Shown here in pieces: positions 36,910 to 49,285 of a stretch of DNA of 64,000 bases. A model generated the notes under the pieces. It saw only the letters and a program-made list of their open reading frames with translations. It was not told the origin of the DNA and did not search any database. The position numbers and the translations under genes were made by a program. Every line of letters starts with the position of its first letter. The stretch's first letter is position 1. Origin of the DNA: Podarcis cretensis (Eukaryota); contig OX638159.1 of the NCBI GenBank assembly GCA_951804945.1, positions 43,276,001 through 43,340,000 of the forward strand, in the 5' to 3' direction.

Positions 36910-36910
<1 letters not shown>

Positions 36911-37004
36911 TTGCCCTCAGCGTCTCTGAGATCTTTCTTGGAGGCTTTCCTGAAGGAGTCTTGGCTATCAGAGATGAGGCAGCAGTGATTTGAGGGGCAA
37001 GGGG

Positions 37005-37255
37005 ACTTCTCAGTGGAGGCACTGTGGTTGTGGAATTTTCTCTGGAGAGAGCATCAGCTTGTACCAACTCTACCACTTTGGCAGTAGACAAAGAACTTTT
37101 TTATTTTTCCAAGCCTTTTAACTCCATTTCAACTGTACAGTTTTATGCTGGGGGGTTTGGCCCTGCATTTTATTCTGTATTTAACTTTGTATTTTTATTT
37201 GTAAGCCACCTTGAACATTTTTATTGAAGGGAAAGTATACAAATTATTTAAATAT
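37005..37255 (+). mobile_element. L2-type LINE 3' fragment
   Basis: CTTCTCAGTGGAGGCAC..TTGTGGAAT...GTAAGCCACCTTGA..GAAGGG..GTATACAAAT. Confidence 0.5.
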
Positions 37256-37678
37256 GAGTTCATATCCCATCTAGGCATTTGAATACCTTCCTGTGTTAAG
37301 CAAGGATCTCCCTACTCACAGCTACTATTGAAGTAATGAATGGTTCCTTTAGTGCTATAGCTGATAATTAAGGAGAATATGCCTCACATATTATGAAACA
37401 TTGTGCAGCTTGAAGCAAAAGGTGAATAATATGCAATACACAATATGATCCAATTTGCAAGCTCAATAGAAAGGGCATGTGTAAAATTAGGCCACAACTC
37501 AGCACAATGTTCATTATGGTACAAAAGTATTGCACTTAACGTTGTCCCTAGCAAATCAACGGAATATCAAGTTAGAACTACTGTATTTAAAAAAGACCCA
37601 TCCTATTTCTGCCCACCCTGTTAACTAGCTAGACTTTTGTACTTCTGTACTTCTAAACTTTTGTCCTTTTGGTTTTAG

Positions 37679-37855
37679 CTTTATCTTCAGGCCAGAATGA
37701 AAGGCGATTGGGCAAGACTTGTGCGTCCTACGGCTCAGTTTGGTCTTATTGCAGCATCCATCTACGTGGGCCTCTCCCGTATTTCTGATTACAAACATCA
37801 TTGGAGTGATGTGTTGACCGGACTTATCCAGGGAGCACTGGTAGCTATACTTATT
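37679..37855 (+). CDS. PLPP1: Phospholipid phosphatase 1, exon 5 (C3 motif SRxxxxxHxxxD)
   Basis: 177 nt, [65 protein letters not shown] acceptor, GTAAGT donor. Confidence 0.97.
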
Positions 37856-38262
37856 GTAAGTCCATGCAAAGTTACTCTACCATTTGAGCAATATAGCTTT
37901 CTGGCAAAACTACTTTTGCTGAGACTTAATGATGAAACGGGGTGGAGGGAGGATGCCTGCACACTCCTGATGAGTTCAGTGTTGGCTTCCTGTAGTTTCC
38001 ATGGGACAGTGGTGAGATGGGGGAAAGGTAGTATCTTCACTACTCCCAGTGTCAACGTTTCTTTTTCTACTCCTCCTTTAGATACCATGATGTACGGGTG
38101 GGTTAGGGTACATCTCTCTTCCCAAAACTATTTACAAAAGTGAAAGCCTTTCCAATTGGGACTAGCATGCAGAGATTATTGGCACTTGCCCCACTTCCCT
38201 TTCTGACAACAAAGATGAAAGAAGCCTGAAGTGCCTATAAACATGCCGCAGAAGTTAGGCAT

Positions 38263-39083
38263 TAGGACTGGGCAATATGTGGTTTTCAACATCATGTTAT
38301 ATCAGCATATCTCAGCTGCTGCTTCCTCCCCACCTTAGGGGATGAAGACTCAACCGAGATACATTGCCTAGAGTGCTGGGTGCCTCTGCGTGTATGGAGG
38401 CTTGATCAGCTGTGGGGTGGGCAGCCTCCCACCCATCCCTCAGCTGATTAAGCACCCACCTTCCAGCTCACGTGAACCAGAGGCAGAAGGTTGCAGGCAA
38501 TCACCTTCTCAAGCTCTGTCTACCTCTCTGTCTGAAAGGCAGGCAATTTGAGCTAGTAGATACCTGTTTTCCAACACTGTAATATACCACCAACTAAACT
38601 TCCTGATACAGTGGTATATTACGATGTTGGAAAGGAGGATTGGGGGAAGAAGTCCTGGCTCCACTTGTGCTAAGGCAGCCCTGTGAACACTTGCCTTGGC
38701 AAGAGGTAGCCCACCCACATCCCTGTGCAAAGGCGGTTCAGACGCACAGCTTCTTTAAACTGCTCCGCTGATGGAGCGCACAGCTGAGCCCCCACTCTGG
38801 CTTGTGGGGACGGTTTAAGGAAGCCTGCTTCGCAGCCGAATAAGCCATCCGCCTCCAGAGTGTGGAGCAGTTTTAAAAAACTTTGTGCTGTATGGTGTGG
38901 CAGAGGGACTCAGGAGCAGTGGCTGCTTCACCTGCACTATACCACCAGGTGAAGCTACCATTGTGCTGTGGCCCTCAGCTCCCCAACCACCACAATGTGC
39001 CAGCTCAAAATGTCTGAAACCGGTATGGCAATCTGATTGCCATACCAGTTTCAGACAATTTATTGGTATACTGCCCATACCTA
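38263..39083. mobile_element. Non-autonomous hAT (TAGGG-type TIR) transposon, 821 bp, in the last PLPP1 intron
   Basis: TIRs TAGGACTGGGCAATAT / ATACTGCCCATACCTA (13/16 match). Perfect 8-bp TSD TTAGGCAT at 38255-38262 and 39084-39091. Confidence 0.85.
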
Positions 39084-39169
39084 TTAGGCATATTTAAAGA
39101 ATCATTTTGGTGTACTGTCTCTCTCCGACAGCTGTCTCACTGCCTAATGTGTTCAATTTGTTTATCCAG

Positions 39170-39301
39170 GTTGTGTATGTATCTGATTTCTTCAAAGACA
39201 GAGGTCGTACGTTTAAACAGAAGGAGGAAGAAGATTCACACACAACCTTACACGAGACACCTACCAGTGGAAATCACTATGGCAGTAATCACCAGCCATG
39301 A
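39170..39301 (+). CDS. PLPP1: Phospholipid phosphatase 1, last coding exon
   Basis: [43 protein letters not shown]-stop, the PLPP1-type C-terminus. ATCCAG acceptor. Confidence 0.96.
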   Translation, partial: VVYVSDFFKDRGRTFKQKEEEDSHTTLHETPTSGNHYGSNHQP

Positions 39302-39529
39302 TAAAGTCAACAGCTATTACCCTGTGGAATCTCCCCTTCTATAAAAAGAAAACGTCAAGCATTTCTGACCTATGTAAAGAAATAAATTAAATGCCTCTTG
39401 AAGGGACTGCTGCTGCTATACTTCTTGGATGCTCACTTTACATGTATATAGTAACACTTAGGTATCTAAACTTTAAATCTCTATTGGTTCAAGCTTTTGC
39501 TTTAAACACACAGTATTCTGGCTGTTTTT

Positions 39530-39539
39530 TTTAATTAAA
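39530..39539. terminator. Palindromic TTTAATTAAA giving an ATTAAA poly(A) signal on both strands between PLPP1 and MTREX
   Basis: ATTAAA on + at 39534-39539 and on - at 39530-39535. A + strand AATAAA is also present at 39381-39386. Confidence 0.45.
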
Positions 39540-39735
39540 AATAATGTGGTAACACTTATGTACAAACAGCAATGGTATGTAATATGCTTGCTAGCATGAG
39601 GCTTATGGTGAAATACATACAAGAATGTTAAGCATCTCTCCTGCTTGGGAAGGATTGGCAGATTCTGTCGCTAACTTTACACTTCTGCCTCTGAAGAATA
39701 ATTGGTGATGTTCAAACTCCGTGCCAGGACAATAC

Positions 39736-39788
39736 TTATAGGTAAAGACTTGCAGCAAATACAATATCTCTCTTGATTTTGGTAATGC
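39736..39788 (-). CDS. MTREX: Mtr4 exosome RNA helicase, last coding exon (27)
   Basis: (G)ITKIKRDIVFAASLYL-TAA, the conserved Ski2-family C-terminus. TTAACAG acceptor. Confidence 0.97.
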
Positions 39789-40153
39789 CTGTTAAGGGAA
39801 GAAAATAATATGATGTCATAAGAGTAGCTGTACCTATTGCTGATACTAGCAACAGGGGATATATTAACAATGCGCCTGAGTTGAAGCTCAGTATCAATTT
39901 CAAATTGAGTATCATTTCCCCAGTTTCCATCTCAAATGTGTGTATTACTAGTTTGAGGGGGCTGTGGAGACATCAAGGGCTTTCCAGTTATCTGCTCCAT
40001 GAAAGAACTGGATCACAGCAGATAAAAGGATACATGGAACCTACCATTAATACATTAGGGACACTCTGACTTCTTTAAGAAATTTAAAATTGCCTGTGAA
40101 AAGACTCTACATTTCAAGATGCATGCAATTTATAAGAAGCTGAACATACAGAC

Positions 40154-40258
40154 CTTCTGCAAATTTGTTTTCCAGTTCTGTGTTTCCAATGGCCTTTGCT
40201 GCTTGACACATCTGTCGAAGCAATTCTTCTAGCCGCCTCATACAGCGTATTATGCTCC
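40154..40258 (-). CDS. MTREX: MTREX exon 26
   Basis: (G)SIIRCMRRLEELLRQMCQAAKAIGNTELENKFAE(G). 105 nt, AG/GT, phase 1->1. Confidence 0.96.
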
Positions 40259-42119
40259 CTGCATGGGCAAAAAAGGGCTTGCAGTAAAAGCAGACATTTT
40301 CTAATAAGGAATAGCAGATCCTTTTCTACCAGGTAGTTGTAAAGCTGTCTACTCAAGCAGGACTGAAACATCTCAGTCCTATAGTTTTCCCCAAACAGAT
40401 GATCATAAGGTCATGAATATTAATTTTCCCAACTTGTGTTATCAGAAAGGATGGGTTCCAACTAATGTTATCACCTATAAGTCAACCTAAGGCAATGGTT
40501 TTAACTTATTCTTCTTGCACAGGCTTCTCATTGCAGCTCTCAGGCTACCCCATCATAAGAAGCAGGGTACCAAGCTTCCTTCTTCCTAACCTCCTGCATA
40601 TTTTTGTAGTGTGTACATGAAGGAAATGAATGGCTTCATTTCAAAGATTATGGGATACATTTAGATACATGGTGGAGCAGGTATAAGGTGTGGAAATCTA
40701 GAGGCTAGGAATGTGTGTTCTTCTCACTTTGTAAGTTAAAAAGAAATGAAATCGAAGTTTTATCAGCCAGTCTCAGCAAGAGATTAAATTTAATCATTTG
40801 ATTCCGGATCCAGCAACTCTAGTAAAAAGCCACCTGGAGTCAATTACCAAAAAGACAGAAGTCTGAGCCAAAAGAAGCTGGGATATATCCTCCAAGGGTT
40901 TGCTGCATGCTGTATTCTGAGCAAACCATCACTTTGGTTATATAGACTGACTTCTCTTACAGGGCTCATTATGAAAATGAAACCAAGAACACTTTTACAT
41001 CCACAGAAGCATTTTTGTATGGTTAAAACAGAGGATGTGTGTATGGAGTAAAGGACATTTAAATATACTCCATCTGCCTTTCTGCTAGACATACTGAACT
41101 ATATGAACTTTCTACTTTCCAGTCTCTCAACCACAACATGATGTACATGGCCACTGAAATTTCACTTAAGATGGACTTTGTCATGACAAAGAGAAAAAGT
41201 GCCTTTCTCTCAGTATTTACTCCTTCTTCTGTTAAAGGGATTGCTTATCTGCCATATGGAAACAAGAATGTGCCATTTACTCTGCGTTTGCAAAAATGGG
41301 TGTGATGGTGGTTTGGGGTTATGCTACTATGGTCAGTGCCTTGTCTGTGTTTTATATAATTTCTACCCTACCAATGAAAATTGCTACTGCGGGCAGCTTA
41401 CAAAGCTTAATTATCCCACCCTGCCCGATGCTGCATGTCAAACTTGGCCCATCTCCAGCTAGCAGCAAAAAGTTCACTTATTGGGCAAGACTTACTGCTA
41501 CTACCTATCTGCATGGGAAAGGAGGGTGGGGGGCATTTTTATATGGCATTTGCAAATGCAACCATCCACAGAATTGATTGCCTGCTTCACTGCAACCAAA
41601 TAAATTGTGTATATGACACAAGTGACTTCAAGCCTCTCTTATTCTTTACCCCCAATAACATTTCTGCTGCGTCCAAAGTGATGACTGCTACAGCACACAA
41701 TCCATGCCATCATTGCAAAGATAGCAGAAATGGCTAGTGGCTGGGAAGCAATCGAAGCACCTGGGACAAGGTGCAACAACAACTTCTCATCCTCCCTCTT
41801 GTACCAACCACACAAGGTTAAAAGACAGTTTCAATCCTATGCATAGTTAACATTTGAGTAGGCTTCACTGAATTCAATGGAACCAAGGATCAGGCTGTGC
41901 ACGTTGAGAGATACAGAACACAAGGGACACACTGGGGAGAAAGAGAAAAAAGAATAGGAGCAGAAAGCATGCCATGGGGAGGAGAGACAAGAGAGAAAGA
42001 TTCTCCCACAGGCTGCTGATTAGGAGGCCTCAGTGGAGGGGACTGTTGTCATGCAAACAACTGTACTATCCTACCATCCCACACCTCGGATGCATTAGTA
42101 GTAATACAAGTGCACGTAC

Positions 42120-42282
42120 CTTCAAAGACATCTGTCATTTTGCATATGTGAGCAAACGTTGCTCCATTGGCCCACGTGTGCACGACATCCATCAAGTTCG
42201 GCCTAAACGAATTCAGGTAGTTTTCCTCGTCAATTTCCAATTTAGCTTCTGCCGACACTTTAGCGATTCTTTTTGCACATTC
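42120..42282 (-). CDS. MTREX: MTREX exon 25
   Basis: ECAKRIAKVSAEAKLEIDEENYLNSFRPNLMDVVHTWANGATFAHICKMTDVFE(G). 163 nt, phase 0->1. Confidence 0.95.
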
Positions 42283-42783
42283 CTTTAAAGAGGATTTTGA
42301 AAATTCGAGACAAACCAAATGAAAGTTATCTTCCTGAAATACGCACGCCAGACAATTGACTGTTAACAAGCTGAGATTATTATTTTCAGCGGCAGCAGCG
42401 CTAGATTTATATGGCCCGCTTGTTCCGTAGGTAGCTTACAAAAGAACAAGAAAATGCAATGTTCAAAAACAAGATTAAAAACATTTCTGATAAGGGAAAA
42501 TACAACTGACAAGGAGCTCAATTTGAAAAATAAAACAACTTGCACAGAAAGCTAAGACTCTGTTGACATGTTAGTTGTATAAAAAGCCTGGAGAAATAAC
42601 AAAGGTCTGGCGCTAAAAAGACCATGGAGCCAGGAGAGCTGCTCCATGAACTTCCCAGTCAGGGTGCCATGGGCAAGAAGCTGCACTTCCTAGCAGCCAC
42701 CCACTTCACCTCATTTCCCAGGGCCACCCAGACCAAGGTCTCTGTCGAGTAACTTAAGGCCCACGCAGGTACATGAAGGGAAA

Positions 42784-42784
<1 letters not shown>

Positions 42785-42814
<30 letters not shown>

Positions 42815-43079
42815 AAGAAGAAGAAGAAGAAGAAGAAGAGGAGGAGTTTGGATTTGATATCCTGCCTTTCACTCCCTTTAAGGAGTCTCAAAGCGGCTAA
42901 TAATCTCCTTTCCCTTCCTCCCCCACAACAAACACTCTGTGAGGTGAGTGGGGCTGAGAGACTTCAGAGAAGTGTGACTAGCCCAAGGTCACCCAGCAGC
43001 TGCATGTGGAGGAGCAGAGATGCGAACCCGGTTCACCAGATTACGAGTCCACCGCTCTTAACCACTACAGCACACTGGC
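42785..43079 (-). mobile_element. Full-length Squam3-type tRNA-derived SINE with (CTT)n tail
   Basis: Minus strand begins GCCAGTGTGCTGTAGTGGTTAAGAGCGGTGGACTCGTAATCTGGTGAACCGGGTTCGCAT (A/B boxes) and ends in an (AAG)n run at about 42785-42838 on the plus strand. Confidence 0.88.
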
Positions 43080-43895
43080 ACACTGATTGTGTTGCCTCAT
43101 ACATACCTGCTTCACTCCTCCCTTCAAACAAGTAAGCAAGCCAGGAACACATCAGATAGTGATCATTTTCCTTTACATCTAAACCAGGAAGCTATGACTA
43201 ATGGCATCCAAACAAGTCAGGACTTTAAGACAAATTTAAACCACCTTGGTTTGTTCATTTATCATACCTTCCAGTTTGAATGTAATAGGAAACTATAGTT
43301 AACTGGAGATTTCCTGGCTCCTGATGAGAGGAGCAGAGCAGCTGCGTGTGAGATGTATGAGGGATAATTGTTTTGCAACATTTATAGACTGATTTCTGAT
43401 TTAAAATCTCCAAGATACAAAGCAGTATCTTGGTTTGTTAATCTAAATGCAGCCACTGAGGAAGTGGAGACTGCCAGGCAGATGTCTTCATGGGCCTTCA
43501 TAAGTAAACACAGAAGAAAATGCTAGTTTAACAGGCTCATGTAGCTCACTGGTATGCAAAAACCATATTGGATAAAATATTCCAAAAGCCCTCCCCTCAC
43601 CCTCAAGCTATCTTAATGGTGTTAAAATTTAAAGACAAACTTTAAAAGATATCAAGAAAGATTTTGGATTATATCATCCCAAACACACCATAAAATTTAA
43701 TTTTTAAATGTGCCAAGCTAGCACGATGTGTAGGCATGTCAAGAGCTGTGCCGGTGCAATATCTCAAATATATACTATGGTGTACGTTTAGGTTGCAGAG
43801 CAGGAAAGGGAAGGTAATTGACTTTTAATGGCTTGTAAAACCATTTAGTAATGAATGCGGCATTTCCTATGCCAGAAAAATCTGCTGAAGTTTAC

Positions 43896-43952
43896 CTGCA
43901 TTTGGCGAAGGGGGCCTGCCAACTGTTCTGTTAGTTTGGGCATTTCACTAGA
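43896..43952 (-). CDS. MTREX: MTREX exon 24
   Basis: SSEMPKLTEQLAGPLRQMQ. 57 nt, TTTTTCAG acceptor and GTAAAC donor. Confidence 0.94.
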
Positions 43953-45384
43953 CTGAAAAAAAGATGAAGAAAGCATCAATATCCATTCATTTGGCATTAT
44001 TTAAATTAATTTATAATTTTTTCTCTAAAGACCACAAGTTATGTAGCTGGTGCACAAAGTCTGAAACCAGCAGAGAACGTGTGGGATCAAATGCGTGGTG
44101 GATTGTGCTCATCAATCCTTTAACACTCCTAAGAAAGCTTCTTTTACAGAAAATAGACCAATAATAAGAGTAGTGCCAAACTTCAGTCCAGAATATGGGC
44201 CTCTGGACTTCTTTTCAGTGAAACATTATCCCAATGCCAATATATTACAACACATCAACTTGGAACAAAAATAAACTTTGAGATTACCACTGAACCACAG
44301 AATTTCAAAAATGCTCTTTAGATATTTGACATAGGAGCCAGTGATTACAAATAATTTATCACTGAAAAATGCAACTGAATGACGAGGGGAAAGAAATACT
44401 GAACACTGGCCATGCAAAATTAGAACAGCCTTCACCTTCCTCTTCTATGCAGCCTGCCACATACCCTCAGTACCTGCTCCAGATGATTAGGGGACCCCTC
44501 CAGAGCAGATTCTGGGGGGTGCGTAGGGGGCTTGAGTGGGAGGAGAGGAAAGCGAAGTCACACACTGAGAGGAAGTCCACCTGCACAACAGTGGATTCCA
44601 CCTAAGTTTCTGATACTTATTTATTTTCTGATAAATTTCTGAGTTTCTAAGTTTCTGATACTTATTTTTCATTTCCGCCTGTCAGAGAAATGTCTTTTTC
44701 CTCTCTACTGAATATATGCAATAAGCTTTGGGTGTTTCATGTGCACACCCACTTCCGCTTATGTTCTTCAGAGGGGCAGGGGCTCCTTTGGCAGCAATAT
44801 GGGATGCAATGCAGGACAACACAGCTGTAGGGCGGGGGCAGAACAAAAACCAGAAACTTCTTTGTGAATGAACAGAACAGCTTTCTTCTCATGCGTGAAA
44901 CTTTCTGGATCCTGACCAATGACACTTTTGGAATGCACTTTATAATATAGGAAAATTAAAATAAAAACAGCTAGGAAAATTAAAATAAAAACAACAGAGT
45001 TTTTAAAAATTCATTTTGAGACAAGGAACTCAGTAGAAGGAGATGCCTTGATTGTTGTGGGTGCCATTTAAACTCCTTTTTTCTCTGCTCTGGTTCTGTC
45101 TGCTTGACTGTCTGTTTCCAGCTTCCTCTGGTGTTACTTATCAGGAGAAAATCTCAACCCAGTGAAAGTCCAGGACTCTCTTGCCCTCCCTGCATGGTAG
45201 TGTCTGATCCTGCATGTACCCTGCCCATTTTTTTTTAGCTTGAATCTAGGATTGTATATTAGTTTTACAAATGCTTTTTATCCCCCTTTTCTGACTAGAA
45301 AGCAAGGTAGAACGAAACATTCATTTAGATATAAATTACGGCTGATCAAATTTAGGTTTTTCTGGTTATGCAAACTTAACTTAC

Positions 45385-45490
45385 ATTTTCTTGAAATACA
45401 AAGCAGCTTAGTAAAGCAGTTGCTTGTTCTGCAGATAAGTCATTGAAAAGTCCATTGAACATCATTTCCGTCAGCAACAGCTCATCAGCA
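45385..45490 (-). CDS. MTREX: MTREX exon 23
   Basis: (S)[35 protein letters not shown]. 106 nt, phase 2->0. Confidence 0.95.
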
Positions 45491-46285
45491 CTGGAAGAGG
45501 AAATGCAATCGACAGGGTTAGATATTTCTTCGTCCTTTTATACATTTGAAAGCAATTTTCTGGGAAACTGATGAGTAGCTTCTGTTCAAAAGGCAGAATA
45601 ATTAATAATAAAGACTTTTAAGCCAGAAAGTTCCCTTCCACTACCAATGAGAAAAAGAGAGGGAGCAAGCAAGCAAGTGAAGTATCTGGATGTCGTCATA
45701 ACTTTTACAGATGGCATACCAGAAAACTACAGGGGTCCTGAGAAACAAAATTTGGAAACAAAGGTCAAGATGGATTAGCATGTCATGTAGTGTTCAGAAG
45801 CTGAAAGTGGACTTGCTGAAGGAGATTAAGCAAGAAGAACAGAATCCACACTGCACTTTGGTGCCAGAACTATGGGGGTAAGGGTTTTGGCTTGCCAGAT
45901 GGATTGATCCCCGCTTGCCTCCTCCCATGTGCTCTTCTGGAGATCTACCCAGCCACCCAGTCAACGTCTGGGGGGGGGTGTGGGGGAAGAGGAAGGGGCC
46001 AGTGCATGAGCAAAAGCCCTGGTGCAGGGCCTCCACTAACAACTCACCAGCTGAATCCTGCCCAGCATATTTTATGAGACTGAAGGGAATAAACAAACTT
46101 GGCTAAGCATGTTTATTTGGAGAGAAAGAACAAAATTTAAAAAGGACCATATACCAAGCGTCCAAATAATTTTCTATGCTCTAATGGTTATTATTACAAA
46201 TTCACAACATATATTGGGTTAATTCTGCCAAGCTAAACCAAGACACCTCTGATTTTCAGATGTAACATTAGCAAGTTAATATACA

Positions 46286-46430
46286 ATCATAGAATGATAG
46301 AGTTGGAGGGGACCCAGAGGGTCATCTAGTCCCCCCCCCCCTACAATGTAGGAATCTCAGTGAAAGCATCCATGACAGACAGACACCCAAGTTCATCTTA
46401 AGAACCTCCAAGGAAAGAGAGTCCACCTCC
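46286..46430 (-). mobile_element. CR1 LINE 3' end
   Basis: ATCATAGAATGATAGAGTTGGAGGGGACCCAGAGGGTCATCTAGTCC...ACCTCCAAGGAAAGAGAGTCCACC. Confidence 0.7.
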
Positions 46431-47144
46431 TGTAATGGAACACTCTGCAGAATCTAAACAATGAACACAAAGAAGTCGCATAAAGTTCCAGATTTCACAT
46501 TCTTGTTCTGGGTTTGCAGCTTTTTTGTTACCAATTAATAGTGTTGAATATTCAAAATATGTTAAGGTGTTGCTATCAGAGAGTGAGTGCCACTCCTAGA
46601 TGATTTACACAAACACCATAATATTTGTTTTATAAACTAATATAGGGATCTAAAGAGTAGATACCATGTATCTTTGACATCATATTTCAAAGTGGGATCC
46701 AGACAGTGGTTTGAGGTATGCTCACAAACTGGGCCCACCCAGTACAATTTTTGACTTTACTTCCTCTGAGCAGGAGATACCCAGTGCCACCCTGATAAAT
46801 GGTGGGGTAAAAGTATTTCAAATAAACTGCTTCTGAAAGGACCTGCAATTTCCAAAGTAGTTTGCTTAAGTGACTATGTGGGGGCTGCTGTTTAGAAGAA
46901 CACAAACCAAAGCCCTGCTGGGTTCATGGCGTTCTCTGGATCCCAGCCTCACTGTGCTTTTCTGTCCTTTAAATTTACTGTGTGTTTCACTTTCAATAAC
47001 CTAGGATCACTTCAATACTGCCCCCCCATATGTTTTAACATTAGATTTCTCCTTAGTGTCAGAATGTCCCACTGTATTACACAGAGGGAAATTGCATACA
47101 AACATCTGTTTGCCTGTCTTTTCTACAACAGTAACATATGTTAC

Positions 47145-47308
47145 CTGCTGATTTCACAAGCGACTCGGCCTTTCATCTCTATGACGTCCGAGGAGGTTGC
47201 AAAACCCAACCTTCTCAAAACACGTTTACGACACTTGAGCTCATCCATTTGTAAAACAGTCCTGGCTTTCTTCAGTTCTCGTTTTGCTGCTTTAATGTCT
47301 ACAGCGAT
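47145..47308 (-). CDS. MTREX: MTREX exon 22
   Basis: [54 protein letters not shown](S). 164 nt, phase 0->2. Confidence 0.95.
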
Positions 47309-47869
47309 CTGAAGTTAAACACAAGCAAAGAGGTGTTACGAGAAATCAGGCATTAAGACACTTTTGACCCTGCCTCCTGGGAAAAAAACCAAAGTTTTAT
47401 TGTGAATGTAGAACTTCAATCTCCACAGGCCACATATCCACCCATACATCTGTGAAGCAAAGGGAGAAACAGATTTGTGAGCAAGAAAACAAAAAAAGTT
47501 AAGAATTTTCTATGGCAATAATGCATTACTATCGTAACTATTGATAAGATTTCTAGCCCACCCTTCCCCATAACATCCCAGGGCAGGTTAAAACAGTGTG
47601 AAAATACAATATTAAAATCAGAACCGCTTACAATCAAAACAAAGTGGGTATTAGAAATATATTCCCAGATGTCAATGTCAGAGTAAAGAGGTGGGTCTTA
47701 AGCATCATATAATGAAAACAAGAGAATAAAAGGGCCAGGCACCACTCTGTGAGGAGGGAATTCAGAGCTTAGGGGCTGTCTTCTCCTGGGCAACCCCCCC
47801 CCACTGGAACTTCAATGGGTGGCAAAATTACCTAAAGGGCCCCATGTGCCAATCTCAATCCCTGACAGA

Positions 47870-48340
47870 GTATGTAAAAAAGTCGGTGGTCTCTCAGATA
47901 TTTGGACCTAAGTTATTTAGGGCTTTGAACGCTGAAGTGAGCATTCTGAACTGGTCCCTGAAATAAACTAGTAACAAGCACAGCTGTTTTAAAGCAGGGG
48001 TTATATGAGTTCTAAATGATGATTTTGGACCAGTTAAAAGTTTCCAAGGGGAACCCTGTGTGGAATGTGTTGCAATAATCCAACCTGGAAGTTACCAGAG
48101 CATGGAGCAGAGTGACCAAGTCATTTCTGTTGAAAAGGGGGCACTGGAGGCTTGAGCCTCCAGTGATAATGCTGGACCCAGTAGTACCCCCAAGAGGTCC
48201 CTTTTAACACTGTCCAGAACAGGCCATCTCCCCACCTACCAGGGAACTCAGGACACATAACACCCATGTTGTATCAGGATTCAGCTTCTACTTATTGGCT
48301 CACAACCAGCACATCACTGCTTCTAAGCACTGGTCCACCC
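47870..48340 (-). mobile_element. L2-type LINE internal/3' fragment
   Basis: GGTCTCTCAGATATTTGGACCTAAGTTATTTAGGGCTTT...TTGCAATAATCCAACCTGGAAGTTACCAGAGCATGG...GGATTCAGCTTC, an antisense L2 ORF2 remnant. Confidence 0.6.
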
Positions 48341-49285
48341 GACCCCCTCTCTCAATTCTGATGGGATGGAGCAAGAGATGTATGCTCAAGTATAAGACTA
48401 CGATTTGAGAAAAAACAAAACAAACCCAGCGGGAATTCTTAGCCCTGTAAAGACTAACTGACACTATCCAGACCACATGAGGCACTACACCAAGATGCCT
48501 GCAGACACACTTCCATCAAGGACAAGAGCCAAGTTGTGGGCCTTGCGGGAAAGTGAAAAAACAGTCACCACCAGCCCAAAAACCCTAAGCCTTCCCAATT
48601 CTTTATGCCAATCTGATCTGGAAGAATATCAAATACAGCAATTTCTCAGAGCAGCTCTTACGATAATGTTTATACAACTGGTTCTTGTACTCAAATGCAA
48701 TATTCACATACATGCTTGTAATTACCAAACATACACACAGACATAAATTGTGTCTTTTGCTTTTAATGTTACTCAGAGGTGGCATCGCCCTGCCTGCAAG
48801 CATTTTGAAGGAAAAAGTCATGGTGTAGACATGTGAGCACCCTTCATATTAGATGAGATGCATATGTTTTGCTCTCGTTTTAGAGTAAGACTACACAGTG
48901 AATCTGCCTTGAGCTTCTGGGTATGAAAGGAAAATCTACCATTTCCAAAAGTGCTTCAGCAATGTGTTTCTGAGAGATATTCCTTCCTCAAATTATCTGG
49001 AACTACCACCAATTTACCTGTGTACTTATGTGGCCCATTGCTTTAAGGCTAATGGAATGATTGACAGGACCGATAACCAGGACAGATTCTTTGACCACCT
49101 AGTGCAATATTATCTACTACCTGTCAGCAGATTGGCCAGATGTCTCTCTCTTCTTCACCCACCACCTTTTTTAAACTGGAGATGCTGGGGATTGAATCTG
49201 GGATCACCTGTATGCAAAATGGGTACTCTTATCACCCAATTATTGTCCCTCCAAAATAAGATGCACTTGAAAAGCTTTTCCTTAC

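Noticed and set aside
36781-37091. Poly-Ile ORFs on both strands (and the poly-Asn ORF at 30862-31143)
   Set aside because: Translations of (TAT)n/(AAT)n microsatellites.
42773-43135. Poly-Lys ORF (120 aa)
   Set aside because: Translation of the (AAG)n SINE tail.
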